Counted from the first letter of the stretch, positions 27,493-37,986 are shown. The stretch is DNA of 64,000 nucleotides from Candidatus Latescibacterota bacterium (GCA_965217585.1 OZ244561.1:3168001-3232000); one strand, 5' to 3'. Program-made: numbers and translations. Notes: generated by a model from the letters alone, not told the origin.

Positions 27493-29604
27493 TTACAGGA
27501 CAAATTGGGTGAGCAGCCGCTCGTATAGCCGAATGAAGTCCCGGCGGCCGTTGTCGCGGTTGTAAACGTAGCACATGGGGTTGGGATTGATCTCTATAAT
27601 GGAGAAACCGGCCGCGCCGTGGATGAGGTCAATGGCGTAAAAACCGAGCGAGTACACACCGGCCACTTGCTCAGTTAGCTGTTGCATCTGCTCTAGCAGA
27701 GTCGCGTCCTCCACGCGCCCGGCGCGCCCGGTGGTCTGATGAAGCGGATTGAGGTCGCCATCTCCCCCCACGGCCTCGCTCTCTTTGCGATAGGCCAGCA
27801 ACAGCTCTTCGTGACTGGCGACGATCCGATACTCTGGCCCGGCCACGTATTGCTGCACCAGCGCGACGTTGTCCAAAAAGCCGCTGTTGGCAAAGAGGGA
27901 TTCGAGCCGCTTGCTGAGGTCTGCCGCGTTGCGCTCCAAGAACACGCCCTGCGCCAGCGAGCTGTGGCACTTCTTGACCAACAGGGGGAACTCGAACCGC
28001 GCCACTACCTCCGCGACGATTTCCGCGACTGTAGCGTGCGTCTTGTAGCGGTCGAAGCGCGCGTCGGCTAGCGGGTTGAAGAGCTTGAGCGTATCGGGGA
28101 TGGGCAACCCGGCGGTGGCGAAATCCTCATACTGATACGCCTTGTCTTCGGCGAGCCGGGCTTCGACGTAGTCGTTGAAGGGATGCTTGTTGCGCCAGAA
28201 GCGCAGGGGCCGCCGTCTGCCCGACAGCTTGAGCCGAGTGCCGTCGTCCGAAATCCACTCGCAGACGAGTCCCTGCCGCCGACCCGCTTCGGCGACGCAC
28301 TCCAGATTCTCCAGCGCCATGTCTTCGGTGATGCCATCGCGCTCGCCGGGCAGGTCGAAAAACTCCCGCGCCCGTGCTACCAAGTGCAGCGACCCGGCCA
28401 CGCAGACTTGGCCTTTGCGCCCCGCCAACGCCAGCGCGCGCTTGAGAGCCTGGCTGCTTGCAGGTACCTGCTCGACGGCTAGCCCGTCCGGTGCTAGGTC
28501 CGCTAGCACCGCTGGTGCCAGCGCCCGTGGATGGTCCGACGAAGTCAGCAAGACTCGCTGCGCCACCGGCGCTAGGGTGCGCAAAATCCCCGAGGCATCG
28601 TGCCCGGTTCCTGCGCCAACCACCAGCACCCATGCGTCGCCAGTATTGGCGACGGGACGCTCTCCGCTCAGCCGCTGTAACTCCCCGGCCAACGCCTGTG
28701 CAGCCGCTGGATTGTGCGCGCCGTCGAGCAAGACCAACGGCTTTTCTTGCGCCACTTCAAAGCGACCCGGCCAGTGGTGGGTCGCCACGACTTGGTGTGC
28801 TACTTCGTCTTCTATGCCCTGGACGAGCCCCTGCGCAGCCGCAAGGGCCAGCCGCGCATTTTCCGCGTAGATCGCTGGATGGCCCGTTAGGTGACCTAGG
28901 TGCCATTCCGTTTCAGCGATTTGCAACTCCACTTCTCGCTTTGCACAGGTCCGCCGGATTAGATCCATCACCTCGGGTGTCTGAGCCGCCGTGGTGACGA
29001 GCGTGCGACCCGACCGGGCGATGTGCAGCTTGTCGGCGGCGATTTCCTTCAAGGTATTGCCCAGCAGGTCCATGTGGTCTAGGCCAATGGCCGTCAGGAC
29101 TGCTAGCTCCGAGTCCCAGGCGTTGGTCGCGTCGTAGCGGCCCCCGAGTCCTACCTCAAAAACCCCGAACTCCACGCCCTGCTGCGCGAAGAGATGGGCC
29201 GCGAGGCCGGTCAGGGCCTCGAACTTGCTAAACGAACCCAAGGCCTCCCGGCCAAAGTCGCGGGTGCAATCGTCGAGATGTGACACGGCGTCAGCCCATT
29301 GTTCCTTGCTGAGGATCTCGCCGTCAATGCGGATCCGCTCGCGCTGGGTGTGCAGATGCGGCGAAGTGTATAGCCCGGCCTTGTGCCCCTGCGCCTTTAG
29401 GATGGCGGCGAGCAAGCTAGCGACCGTTCCCTTGCCGTTGGTGCCGCCGACAATGACCGAGCGGAAGCGCGTCTGCGGGTCGCCGAGGCGGGTCAGCAGG
29501 GCGCGCATCCTCGGCAGGTAATCCGCGATTGGCCCGAGCGCTGGACGGCCGACCTCCCAATCGGGCAGGGCGTCCAAATAGCGTTTGGCGCGAAAGTAAT
29601 CCAT
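27493..29604 (-). CDS. folC: FolC (folylpolyglutamate synthase) fused to a C-terminal ATP-grasp domain
   Basis: GTNGKG, YTSPHL..RERI, EVGLGGRYDATN, WPGRFE, DGAHNP and GSLHLV, then EDKA, FPLLVK...SL.QGV, QQYV, AIDLI and IEINPNP in the same frame. Confidence 0.85.
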   Translation of the reverse strand: MDYFRAKRYLDALPDWEVGRPALGPIADYLPRMRALLTRLGDPQTRFRSVIVGGTNGKGTVASLLAAILKAQGHKAGLYTSPHLHTQRERIRIDGEILSKEQWADAVSHLDDCTRDFGREALGSFSKFEALTGLAAHLFAQQGVEFGVFEVGLGGRYDATNAWDSELAVLTAIGLDHMDLLGNTLKEIAADKLHIARSGRTLVTTAAQTPEVMDLIRRTCAKREVELQIAETEWHLGHLTGHPAIYAENARLALAAAQGLVQGIEDEVAHQVVATHHWPGRFEVAQEKPLVLLDGAHNPAAAQALAGELQRLSGERPVANTGDAWVLVVGAGTGHDASGILRTLAPVAQRVLLTSSDHPRALAPAVLADLAPDGLAVEQVPASSQALKRALALAGRKGQVCVAGSLHLVARAREFFDLPGERDGITEDMALENLECVAEAGRRQGLVCEWISDDGTRLKLSGRRRPLRFWRNKHPFNDYVEARLAEDKAYQYEDFATAGLPIPDTLKLFNPLADARFDRYKTHATVAEIVAEVVARFEFPLLVKKCHSSLAQGVFLERNAADLSKRLESLFANSGFLDNVALVQQYVAGPEYRIVASHEELLLAYRKESEAVGGDGDLNPLHQTTGRAGRVEDATLLEQMQQLTEQVAGVYSLGFYAIDLIHGAAGFSIIEINPNPMCYVYNRDNGRRDFIRLYERLLTQFVL

Positions 29605-29624
29605 GTAGTGGGAAAGGGTGCGGC

Positions 29625-30674
29625 TCAACCGCCGCGGGTGTGCATCTCGCGGTGCGGATCGGCTTTTAAGGCTTCGACCGGATAGAGTGCGCCGCGCTGT
29701 GGGTCGCGGCTCCGCTCTTCGGCGCTTTGATCCGTTCGCCCTGCCCACCCGGCGCTGATACGCCTCACGAGCCGCTCCCGGTCCGCTCCGCCGCGCAACA
29801 AAGGCTTTAGATCGGTGCCTTGCTGCGCGTACAGACACGTGTACCACAGCCCGTCGGCCGTCAGCCGACTGCGGTCGCAGGCTCCGCAAAACGGCTCGGA
29901 GACCGACGCGACAATGCCAAAGCGCGTCCCATCGCTCAAGCGGAAGCGCTCTGCAGGCGCTGAGCCGCGGCCAGCCTCGCGCTCGATCGGCCCGTAGTGG
30001 GCCGTCAGCCGCGCCAGTATTTCCGCCTGCGACACGACTTTTTGCATAGACCACTGGGTCGCGCCACCTACGTCCATGTATTCGATGAAGCGGACTTCGG
30101 CCCCTACCTCGCGCCCGAATTCGAGGAGATCCACGAGTTCGTCGTCGTTGAAATCGCGCATGACGACCACGTTGAGCTTGAGCGCGTCAAAGCCAATGGC
30201 CGCGGCCACGCGGATCCCCTCCAGCGCCTTGGCGTGAGTGCTGCGGCGCGTCAAGGCCGCGAAGCGCGCTGGATCTAATGAGTCCAAGCTGACGGTGATC
30301 CGCTGCAAACCAGCAGCCCGCAATGGCTCGGCCCACCGCGCCAATCGCGTAGCGTTGGTAGTCATTGCCAAGTCTTCGACGAGGGGCAGCGCGGCGAGGC
30401 GGGCGACGAGCGCGGGCAGGTCGGCGCGCAACAGCGGCTCGCCGCCGGTCAGGCGCACGCTGCGGACTCCAACTTGGCAAAAGGCATCGACCACGCGCTC
30501 GATCTCGGAGGCGTTGAGGATGTCTTTACTGGGCAGCCAAGTGTAGTGCTCTTCGGGCATGCAGTACTGGCAGCGCAGGTCGCAGCGGTCGATTACCGAC
30601 ACGCGCAAAGAGGCCAACGGGCGGCCCAAAAGGTCGCGCACCAACTCGGTTTTGGCAGGTGTTTCAAGGGCCAT
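29625..30674 (-). CDS. moaA: GTP 3',8-cyclase
   Basis: CDLRCQYC, LTGGEP, FC..C.R.RLTADG motifs and C-terminal GG. Confidence 0.95.
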   Translation of the reverse strand: MALETPAKTELVRDLLGRPLASLRVSVIDRCDLRCQYCMPEEHYTWLPSKDILNASEIERVVDAFCQVGVRSVRLTGGEPLLRADLPALVARLAALPLVEDLAMTTNATRLARWAEPLRAAGLQRITVSLDSLDPARFAALTRRSTHAKALEGIRVAAAIGFDALKLNVVVMRDFNDDELVDLLEFGREVGAEVRFIEYMDVGGATQWSMQKVVSQAEILARLTAHYGPIEREAGRGSAPAERFRLSDGTRFGIVASVSEPFCGACDRSRLTADGLWYTCLYAQQGTDLKPLLRGGADRERLVRRISAGWAGRTDQSAEERSRDPQRGALYPVEALKADPHREMHTRGG

Positions 30675-30877
30675 ACAAAGGCATCCACAGACGGTGTTAA
30701 AGAGACTTGAGAATATAGAGAATCCCTAGCAGTGGGCAATGTCCGGCGAAGTTGGCGCGTTCTTGCTGTACGGAAGTCGGCGCGTGATATTAGGGAACTT
30801 GCACCGCCCGTGCCGTCGGAGAGAGAAGCGTTGTGGGCGGCGAATAGGACGTTACACCGCGCAACGAGAGGGGTCTA

Positions 30878-31774
30878 ATGAGTGCCACTGCCGCGATCCA
30901 AGAGATGCTCGCCGAGCACGGGTATGTCGCCGATCGCCAAGTCGTTATGTCCGTGTACCTCGCTCAGACCTTGGAGCGTCCCTTGCTCATCGAGGGGCCG
31001 GCTGGCGTCGGCAAAACCGAGGTCGCCAAGGTCGTAGCCCGCGCCCTCGACACCGAGTTGATTCGTTTGCAGTGCTACGAGGGGCTAGACGCCCACGCCG
31101 CCCTGTACGAGTGGAACTACCAGCGCCAGCTCTTACACATCAAGCTCGACGAGAAGAGCCAACGTCCCCTAGCCGAGCGCGAGGCCGACCTCTTCTCCGA
31201 GGACTTTCTGCTCAAGCGCCCCTTGCTCCAAGCCATTACCCAGCCCGTCCCGCCGGTGCTGCTGATCGACGAACTCGACCGCGCCGACGAAGAGTTTGAG
31301 AGCTTCCTCCTCGAAGTGCTGTCCGACTGGCAGATTACCGTCCCCGAGATCGGCACCATTCGCGCGGCGGCGCGGCCACACGTAATCCTGACCAGCAATC
31401 GCACCCGCGAACTCTCCGCCGCCGTGCGCCGCCGCTGCTTCTACCTGTGGATCGACTACCCGGAATTTGCCAAGGAAGTGGAGATCGTGCGCGGCAAGGT
31501 CGCCGGGATCGACGCTCAGCTCGCCGAGCAGATTTGTCGCTTCATGGAAAAGATCCGCATGCAGCGCCTCGAAAAGATCCCCGGTGTCGCCGAAACCCTC
31601 GACTGGGCCAAGGCCCTCGTCGCCCTACACCAGCACCACCTCGACCTCGAAGTCGTGGCGGATACCTTGGGCATTGTATTCAAGGACCAGCGCGACGTGG
31701 CGCAGGTAAAGCAATCGCTGGCCGAGTTCTTGGAAGGATTGGGGGTCCGCGCCAAGCTGGCTCCAGAACAATGA
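30878..31774 (+). CDS. coxD: MoxR-type AAA+ ATPase (CoxD-like)
   Basis: EGPAGVGKT, RLQCYEGLD, LLIDELDRADEEFE and TSNRTRELS motifs. Confidence 0.85.
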   Translation: MSATAAIQEMLAEHGYVADRQVVMSVYLAQTLERPLLIEGPAGVGKTEVAKVVARALDTELIRLQCYEGLDAHAALYEWNYQRQLLHIKLDEKSQRPLAEREADLFSEDFLLKRPLLQAITQPVPPVLLIDELDRADEEFESFLLEVLSDWQITVPEIGTIRAAARPHVILTSNRTRELSAAVRRRCFYLWIDYPEFAKEVEIVRGKVAGIDAQLAEQICRFMEKIRMQRLEKIPGVAETLDWAKALVALHQHHLDLEVVADTLGIVFKDQRDVAQVKQSLAEFLEGLGVRAKLAPEQ

Positions 31775-33099
31775 ATCACAAAATCGACGACATCGCCCTG
31801 CACGGCGCGTTGAGCGCGAATGTGGTCGGCTTCTGCCGCCTGTTGCGCGCCCAGCAGTCCGGCCCGGCCTTAGGCGAGGAGCAAGACGCGCTTCGCGCTC
31901 TCGCGGCCATTGACCTGTCAGACCCGGAGGACTTTCGGCTAAGTTTGCGGACGACCTTGGCCAAGACGCCCGATGAGCAGAAGTTCTTCGACGCACTCTT
32001 CGATGTCTACTGGTCGATATGGGATCGCGCCGACGAGTTGGGTCGGCCCCAGCCTGAGCCCCCTGCCTCCGAAAAGGCTAGTGCCAACCGACCCGGTAAG
32101 AATGGCTTGACGAGCGTTCGCGATTGGCTCAAGCAGGGCGAGCCGACCGAAGAGGAGCGCGAGGCCGCCGGGTACAGCCCCATCGAGGTACATACAAAGC
32201 GCGACTTTAAGAATTTTAACGCCGAAGAGCTGGAGGAGATCGGGCGGTTGCTGCAAGCCATCGCCCGCGCGCTTGCCACGCGCTTCAGTCGCCGCTATCG
32301 GCCCGCTCGCCCGCCGGGCCGCCTCGACTTGCGGCGCACCCTCCGCGCCAGCTTGCGCCGCGGCGGCGAGCTGCTAGACCTGTCCTATTGCCGCCGCACC
32401 CGTCAGAAGCCCAAGCTGGTCTTGCTGTGCGATGTCAGTAAGTCCATGGACCTGTACAGCCGCTTCTTAATCCAGTTCATGTACGCCTTCCAAAACGCCT
32501 ATCGCCGCATCGAGACGTTTGTGTTTGCGACCTCGCTGCACCACGTCGCGCCCCTGCTGCGGGGCAACGACCTGAGCGCGGGGTTGGACGCGCTTGCCGC
32601 GCAGGTGCCGGACTGGTCGGGCGGCACGCGCATCGGCACCTCGCTGGCGACCTTCCTCAGCGAACACGCCGCCCTCGTCGATCACCAGACCGCGCTGCTG
32701 ATCGTCAGCGACGGCTGGGACACTGGCGATATTGAGCTCCTTGAAGAAAGCATGCGCACGTTGCAGCGCCGCAGCCGCTGCCTAATCTGGCTCAACCCCC
32801 TGCTGGGCAGCCCGGACTACCGGCCGGCCACGCGCGGGATGCAGGCCGCCTTGCCGTACATTGACCTCTTTGCCCCGGCCCACAATATCGAGAGCCTCAA
32901 GGCCCTCGTCGGATACCTGATGACGCTGCGTGGTGCGACGGCCGCGCGCTACCTGCGCCGACGCCCTGAGCAGCCCGCGCCGACAAAAGCCAGCCCGCTG
33001 TGCCGACGACGGACGACTGGTACCGGCGCTTTGGAGTCCAGCCGTGAAAGACTTGCAGACGATCCTCCTCCGCGCCCAAGAGCTCGACGAGGCGGGTGA
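31771..33099 (+). CDS. coxE: VWA domain protein (CoxE-like)
   Basis: DVS.SM, WSGGTRIG, SDGWD and IWLNPL motifs. Confidence 0.85.
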   Translation: MNHKIDDIALHGALSANVVGFCRLLRAQQSGPALGEEQDALRALAAIDLSDPEDFRLSLRTTLAKTPDEQKFFDALFDVYWSIWDRADELGRPQPEPPASEKASANRPGKNGLTSVRDWLKQGEPTEEEREAAGYSPIEVHTKRDFKNFNAEELEEIGRLLQAIARALATRFSRRYRPARPPGRLDLRRTLRASLRRGGELLDLSYCRRTRQKPKLVLLCDVSKSMDLYSRFLIQFMYAFQNAYRRIETFVFATSLHHVAPLLRGNDLSAGLDALAAQVPDWSGGTRIGTSLATFLSEHAALVDHQTALLIVSDGWDTGDIELLEESMRTLQRRSRCLIWLNPLLGSPDYRPATRGMQAALPYIDLFAPAHNIESLKALVGYLMTLRGATAARYLRRRPEQPAPTKASPLCRRRTTGTGALESSRERLADDPPPRPRARRGG

Positions 33100-34198
33100 A
33101 TCCTATGTTGTAGCCACTGTCGTCCAGACCTCCGGCTCGGTCTATCGCGGACCGGGCACCCGCATGCTCATCGAAGCAGACCTCCAGAGCTTGGGCACCA
33201 TCAGCGGCGGCTGTCTCGAAGGCGATGTGCGCGAAAATGCGCAAGCCGTCTTCGCCGATGGCCTGCCCCGTCTTCTCCATTACGACGCCACCTCTGAAGA
33301 CGACATCCTCTGGGGCACTGGCTTAGGCTGTAGCGGCACGGTGGACGTGCTCTTAGAGCGCCTGCCCCAAGATGCTCCCTTCCACTATCCAACCTTCTTG
33401 CACGGCTGCGCCTTGGAAAATCGGCACGGCGTCCTCGTCACGGTCTTTGCCACCGAGGGCGAAACCAATGCCGCACCGGGCCAACATCTGATCCTCGACG
33501 AGCGGGAAAACGCCCGCGACGACATCGCCGACTTGGAGCTGCGCGAGATCGCGCTTAACGCCGCCGCCGGAATCCTGGCTACCCTCGACGACACCCAACT
33601 CCCCATCGCCCTAGGACACACGCGCCACTACGAGTTGACGCACAGCAAGGCCGCCCTGCTCATAGAACCCCTGCTGCCCCCCATCGCCCTTTACCTCTTC
33701 GGCGCTGGCTACGACGCCGTGCCCCTCGCCCAGCTAGCCGGCGAACTCGGCTGGCGCGTCTCCGTAGCCGACCATCGGCCCTCCTATGCTCGCGCCGAAC
33801 GCTTCCCTTGGGCCAGGCAAGTCCTCCTCGCCCAGCCCGGTCATCTGCCCGAGGATCTTCAGTTCGACAACCGCTCGTGTGCCGTCATCATGAGCCACAA
33901 CTATCTACAGGATCAGGCTCTGTTGCGGGACTTGCTCGACGCGCCCCTCGCCTATTTGGGCGTCCTCGGTCCGCACCAGCGCACCCAGCGCCTGCTCGCC
34001 GATCTGCAAAGAGAAGGCATCGAGCCAAGCGATGAGCAGGCCGCACGCCTCTTCAGCCCCGTCGGCCTCGACATCGGTGCCGAAACGGCCGAGGAAATAG
34101 CCCTGTCCATTCTCAGCGAGATCCAAGCCGCGCTCACCGGCCGCAAAGGCGGCTCGCTCCGCGACCATACTGGGCCGATCCACGATCGGCCGGCCTGA
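33044..34198 (+). CDS. xdhC: XdhC/CoxI family Moco chaperone
   Basis: G.ISGGCLE, GLGC.G, FGAG.DA, MSHN and SPVGLDIGAET.EEIALSI motifs. Confidence 0.88.
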   Translation: MKDLQTILLRAQELDEAGESYVVATVVQTSGSVYRGPGTRMLIEADLQSLGTISGGCLEGDVRENAQAVFADGLPRLLHYDATSEDDILWGTGLGCSGTVDVLLERLPQDAPFHYPTFLHGCALENRHGVLVTVFATEGETNAAPGQHLILDERENARDDIADLELREIALNAAAGILATLDDTQLPIALGHTRHYELTHSKAALLIEPLLPPIALYLFGAGYDAVPLAQLAGELGWRVSVADHRPSYARAERFPWARQVLLAQPGHLPEDLQFDNRSCAVIMSHNYLQDQALLRDLLDAPLAYLGVLGPHQRTQRLLADLQREGIEPSDEQAARLFSPVGLDIGAETAEEIALSILSEIQAALTGRKGGSLRDHTGPIHDRPA

Positions 34199-34251
34199 CG
34201 CTCTCGGCGTTGTGCCCGGCAGCGACTTAGGATACAGCTCGATCTCTTCCT

Positions 34252-36351
34252 TCAGATCCCACCGAACAGATACGCGATTTTGCTGAAAGCGGCTTTGGTG
34301 CGGTCTCGGTCTCGCACGAAGACGAGAAAGAAGTGACTCTCCGGAGTAAACTCATAGTCGAAGACCGTGTTGAGGTTGTCCGCCGTGGTGCCGTCGGTTT
34401 GCTCGATTACGCGCTCGTGGAACAGTCGCAGACCGACGTGGCGGGTGAACTGGTAGTTCGTCGTCGTGCGCATGACGAGCGTTTCCCGTTGGCCGCGCCA
34501 GTCGAAACGGTGCGCAGTCAGGCTGATCGTCAGTCGGTTGAAAAGATTGGCGTTGGCGTCTAGGCTGACAAACCAGTTGAAAATGCCTTGGCGACTACCG
34601 ATCTGGTTGTAGATACCGACGAAACCCCATGTTGATGTGTATTCGAGGTCGGCACCAGTAAAGCGCGTGTTCCAGAGGCGTCCGGCTTCCCGCAGTTGTC
34701 CGACGCGGGCAAGCGAATAGAAATCGAAACGGCCCACATCGAATGATCCCTCAGCTTGGGCATACTGCTCGCGCAGACGACCCGTCTCGTCTGTCTGCCG
34801 GAACACTCGGCCGCGCAGCACGAGGGCATTCAGCGTGCTACCTTCTGAATACTCGTTGAGGAGGGTAAAGGAGCCTCGCGCGCGGCGATACGCCTCGTCT
34901 TCCAGACCGGTTTCGTTCGGCCGAAACCCGTCGCGGATCTCTTCGAGTTCGACAAAGCCGCTCAGACCCGACTGGTTGCGCCAGTCGGTCGAGACGTGAT
35001 AGGCATAATGGGGGCTGCCGCCGGTGGAGTTGCCTACGAACTGGCCCGTGGCGGTCCAGTCGCGCCCGAGACCGAGGCGACCGTTGAGGGACAGCAGGCC
35101 CACATCGCGGTCGCTCTGGTGCTTGTGGACCGCCATGGCACCGATGACGGTGCGCTCGCCGATGTCGCGGTTGAGGCGTAGGTTGACGAGGTTGGCGCGT
35201 CGTTTGGCATCGCCGTTGTAGCGGTCGATGAGCTTGCCGTACGCGTTTACGGCGGCCCATGTGTAGCCGCCCACTTTTCCCGTGCCCTTGACGCCCAAAT
35301 CGATTTCCTGCACTCGGCGCGTGTAGAACAAGCGCAGGGGCAGATCGAAAAGTTCCGCTCCATCGCGAAAGAACGGTCGGCGTTCGGGCAAAGACAGCTC
35401 GCGTTCGTCGTTGACGTTGATCAGCGTTGGGTCGCTCTCTAGCTGTGAGAAGTCGGGAAACACCGTTAGGTTGCCGATCAGGCTGGCCGATGGCTGGTAG
35501 ATCAAATCGATGCCGGCATCTCCGTCGTCGGGGCGGTCTTCGAGGGCGCGGTAGCTGGCGTAGGGCAGAAAAGCTAGGCGGACGGTCTCTGTTGCGACAG
35601 TAGTTAGCCGAAGCCCCCGCAGTTCACCGAATTCGGAGATGCGGCCAAAGTCACCGCCTGTATCGGACCAAGAATAGGATTCCTGATCGATGGGGTGAGC
35701 CCGCCAAAAGTTCACACCCCACGCGGTGCCCTCCTCATCGTACTGCAGTTCGGCCAACGGGATGGCAAACTCGGCGGTCCAGTGGTCTGTGTACTTCTGT
35801 ACCTCTGCTTCCCACGAAGCGTCCCAGGCAAAGGTGAAGGAACTCTCGTTGCTGACGCGTTGGTCCATCTGTGTTGCGAGCGTGTTGATGCCGAAGACGT
35901 AGGCATTGCGGCCGTCGTGGTAGGTGTCGAAAACGACCTCGACGGCATCGTCGCCCCAAATCCGCGTTTCGCGGCGCGTCAGCGTTTCGCGGAGCCCGGT
36001 CATATCCGGCTCCCAACAACGGAAGCCGACATAGATCGCCACCGCATCGTAGAGAACGAATGCCTCCGTGCGGAGTCGCGCGGGCATGCCGCGAGTCTGC
36101 TGAGCGCGGAAGAAGTCCCCGGCTGCCTCGGCCTTCTGCCAAGCGGGCTCGGAGAGATGACCGTCGATGCGCGGCGGCTGATCAACGCGCAGGGCCGTTA
36201 CAGCGCGCGTGGAGTCGTCCGGTGATTCAGCGCGCGTCGGGACGGCTGCAACGAGCAGGAGGAGCCAGAATTGCAGGCCCCTCGCGAGAGGCAGGCGGCA
36301 GAGACGCAGAACTGCGCCGCCTCGGACCCTGAAGAGGATGAAAAGTACCAT
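34252..36351 (-). CDS. CBM9-like/DUF5916 exported protein with probable beta-barrel
   Basis: Signal peptide, P.IDG.L.E..W, W.AEFAIP..L and PDFSQ.E.D...E.RPFF motifs. Confidence 0.8.
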   Translation of the reverse strand: MVLFILFRVRGGAVLRLCRLPLARGLQFWLLLLVAAVPTRAESPDDSTRAVTALRVDQPPRIDGHLSEPAWQKAEAAGDFFRAQQTRGMPARLRTEAFVLYDAVAIYVGFRCWEPDMTGLRETLTRRETRIWGDDAVEVVFDTYHDGRNAYVFGINTLATQMDQRVSNESSFTFAWDASWEAEVQKYTDHWTAEFAIPLAELQYDEEGTAWGVNFWRAHPIDQESYSWSDTGGDFGRISEFGELRGLRLTTVATETVRLAFLPYASYRALEDRPDDGDAGIDLIYQPSASLIGNLTVFPDFSQLESDPTLINVNDERELSLPERRPFFRDGAELFDLPLRLFYTRRVQEIDLGVKGTGKVGGYTWAAVNAYGKLIDRYNGDAKRRANLVNLRLNRDIGERTVIGAMAVHKHQSDRDVGLLSLNGRLGLGRDWTATGQFVGNSTGGSPHYAYHVSTDWRNQSGLSGFVELEEIRDGFRPNETGLEDEAYRRARGSFTLLNEYSEGSTLNALVLRGRVFRQTDETGRLREQYAQAEGSFDVGRFDFYSLARVGQLREAGRLWNTRFTGADLEYTSTWGFVGIYNQIGSRQGIFNWFVSLDANANLFNRLTISLTAHRFDWRGQRETLVMRTTTNYQFTRHVGLRLFHERVIEQTDGTTADNLNTVFDYEFTPESHFFLVFVRDRDRTKAAFSKIAYLFGGI

Positions 36352-36394
36352 GTCCTAAAGGCTGAGCGCGAGCCTGCACAATGGCAATAGAAAA
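36323..36394 (-). repeat. 72-bp leader repeat, copy 1 (promoter-like region plus first codons of the DUF5916 gene)
   Basis: 64/72 identical to 37915-37986 by hand alignment. Confidence 0.92.
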
Positions 36395-36615
36395 CTTGGC
36401 GACATCCAAGCCGCGCTTACCGGCCTCAAGAATGGCTCGCGCCGCTTGGTCGGGCACGAAAACAGCCAGTTTGTTTGGTTCGGTCTCGCCTATCGAGGAC
36501 GTGCCGTTTGCAGTTGAGTTGGGCAGAGGACCGTCGGCCTCAAAGGCAAGTGGAGGGATCTGCTATTTACCGCCAAGCCCGAGAAAGTATATGAGGCTTG
36601 CAGTGAGGCCGGCTT

Positions 36616-37848
36616 TTAAGCGGACGCTATGGATGACTTGCGAGGCCTTGCCAGCACAGCGAAGGCGATCACGACTGGGAGCAGCACGATTGCGGCTGCA
36701 AGGAACCCGGCGCGCAGTGACAAGCCCAGCGCGATCGCGCCCAGGAGGGGGCCGCCGATCATCTGGCCGACGGCATCCATCTGCCCTCCGAAGGATAGGA
36801 CCGTAGCCCGAACTTGCGAGGGCACGAAGCGGTTCTGCCAAGCGCTCAGCAGCGGGCCACTGGCGCGCCGTAACGGGCCTCGTGCCCAGAACATCGCCAT
36901 AGCGAAGGCAAACTCCGTCGCTAGGCCAAAGGCCACCAAGCTGCCGACATAGAGGGCTTGCAGCGCCATCAGCACGCCGGCCACTGCGCGGTCGTTGGAT
37001 GTATTCACGGTCCGCCTGACGACTTCCAACAAGCCGAACCCCAGTCCCATCGATACGTAGCTGCTAAGACCAAACCACGCAATAGGGTCCAGAGGTCCGA
37101 GCCGCGGCATTGTGATCGTCTGCAGCAGAAACGGCGTGGTCAGTCGATCCGGAACTTCGCTCGCCGCGCCAAACAGGAACGGCGTCATCACGATGAGGAT
37201 CAGGACTCGTCGCCGACGGATCACGTGCAGGGCCTGAAGCAATGTGCGCCCCATGGTCCTGAAGGTCTCGCGTCCGTGGGCAGGCAGTGGCCGAAAGCCG
37301 CGCTCCGTCATTGCAAGCGCCGAGAACAGGGCCAGACCGAGGTAGATGAAGCCCCCAACGACGAGGGGCAGGCTACGATCCATACTCGCCAGCGCGACGG
37401 ATAGCGCCGCACCTGCCAGTCCACCGACGAGACTGGCCTGTGAGCCTCGCAGCAGGGCACGCGGTAGCTGCTGGGTACCAATTTCATCGGCCAACCACGC
37501 GGTTCGGGCACCACTACCGAACGTCACCCCGAGTCCTCCCACGACCTGGGCGGCGAGCAGTGCGCCAAACAGCGGGATGGACCCCGCGAGGAGGAAACCG
37601 ATGCCTGTAAGGGCCAGTCCGATAACTACCGAGAGGCGGCGGCTGTAGACGTCAGCTACGACGCCGGTGGGAATCTCAAAGGCAAAGACGGTTGCTTCTA
37701 GGACAGTTCCGACCAGGATAAGCTGGAGCGGGTTGAGACCGACGATCTCGACTTGATAGACGAGGCTAGTTGTGATGACTGTCGCGACGGCGAGCCCCTC
37801 GACGGCCGACATGCCGACCGAGAGTGGGTAGGCGGGCAGCCGCTTCAT
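36616..37848 (-). CDS. MFS transporter (TetA(P)-like)
   Basis: LNPLQLILVGTVLE..FEIPTGVVAD.YSRRLS and VRATVLS motifs, ~12 TM segments. Confidence 0.88.
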   Translation of the reverse strand: MKRLPAYPLSVGMSAVEGLAVATVITTSLVYQVEIVGLNPLQLILVGTVLEATVFAFEIPTGVVADVYSRRLSVVIGLALTGIGFLLAGSIPLFGALLAAQVVGGLGVTFGSGARTAWLADEIGTQQLPRALLRGSQASLVGGLAGAALSVALASMDRSLPLVVGGFIYLGLALFSALAMTERGFRPLPAHGRETFRTMGRTLLQALHVIRRRRVLILIVMTPFLFGAASEVPDRLTTPFLLQTITMPRLGPLDPIAWFGLSSYVSMGLGFGLLEVVRRTVNTSNDRAVAGVLMALQALYVGSLVAFGLATEFAFAMAMFWARGPLRRASGPLLSAWQNRFVPSQVRATVLSFGGQMDAVGQMIGGPLLGAIALGLSLRAGFLAAAIVLLPVVIAFAVLARPRKSSIASA

Positions 37849-37914
37849 TGGAGGGCCTCCCCGGCGGAGGGGAGGTCGGCGCTCAGGGGCTTGGCCGCTC
37901 TGGCCGATCCGGCC

Positions 37915-37986
37915 CGGTCCCTGAAAAGGATAAAGGGTACCATGTCCTGAAGGCTGAGCGCGAGCCTACACAATGTCAATAGAAAA
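37915..37986 (-). repeat. 72-bp leader repeat, copy 2
   Basis: Contains minus-strand TTGACA (37979-37974) and AGGA before ATG 37943, which opens a 32-codon ORF whose TGA overlaps the MFS ATG. Confidence 0.92.

Noticed and set aside
33044-33099. 56-bp coxE/xdhC overlap as possible programmed frameshifting
   Set aside because: No slippery site seen. A low-complexity tail or stop-codon drift explains it.
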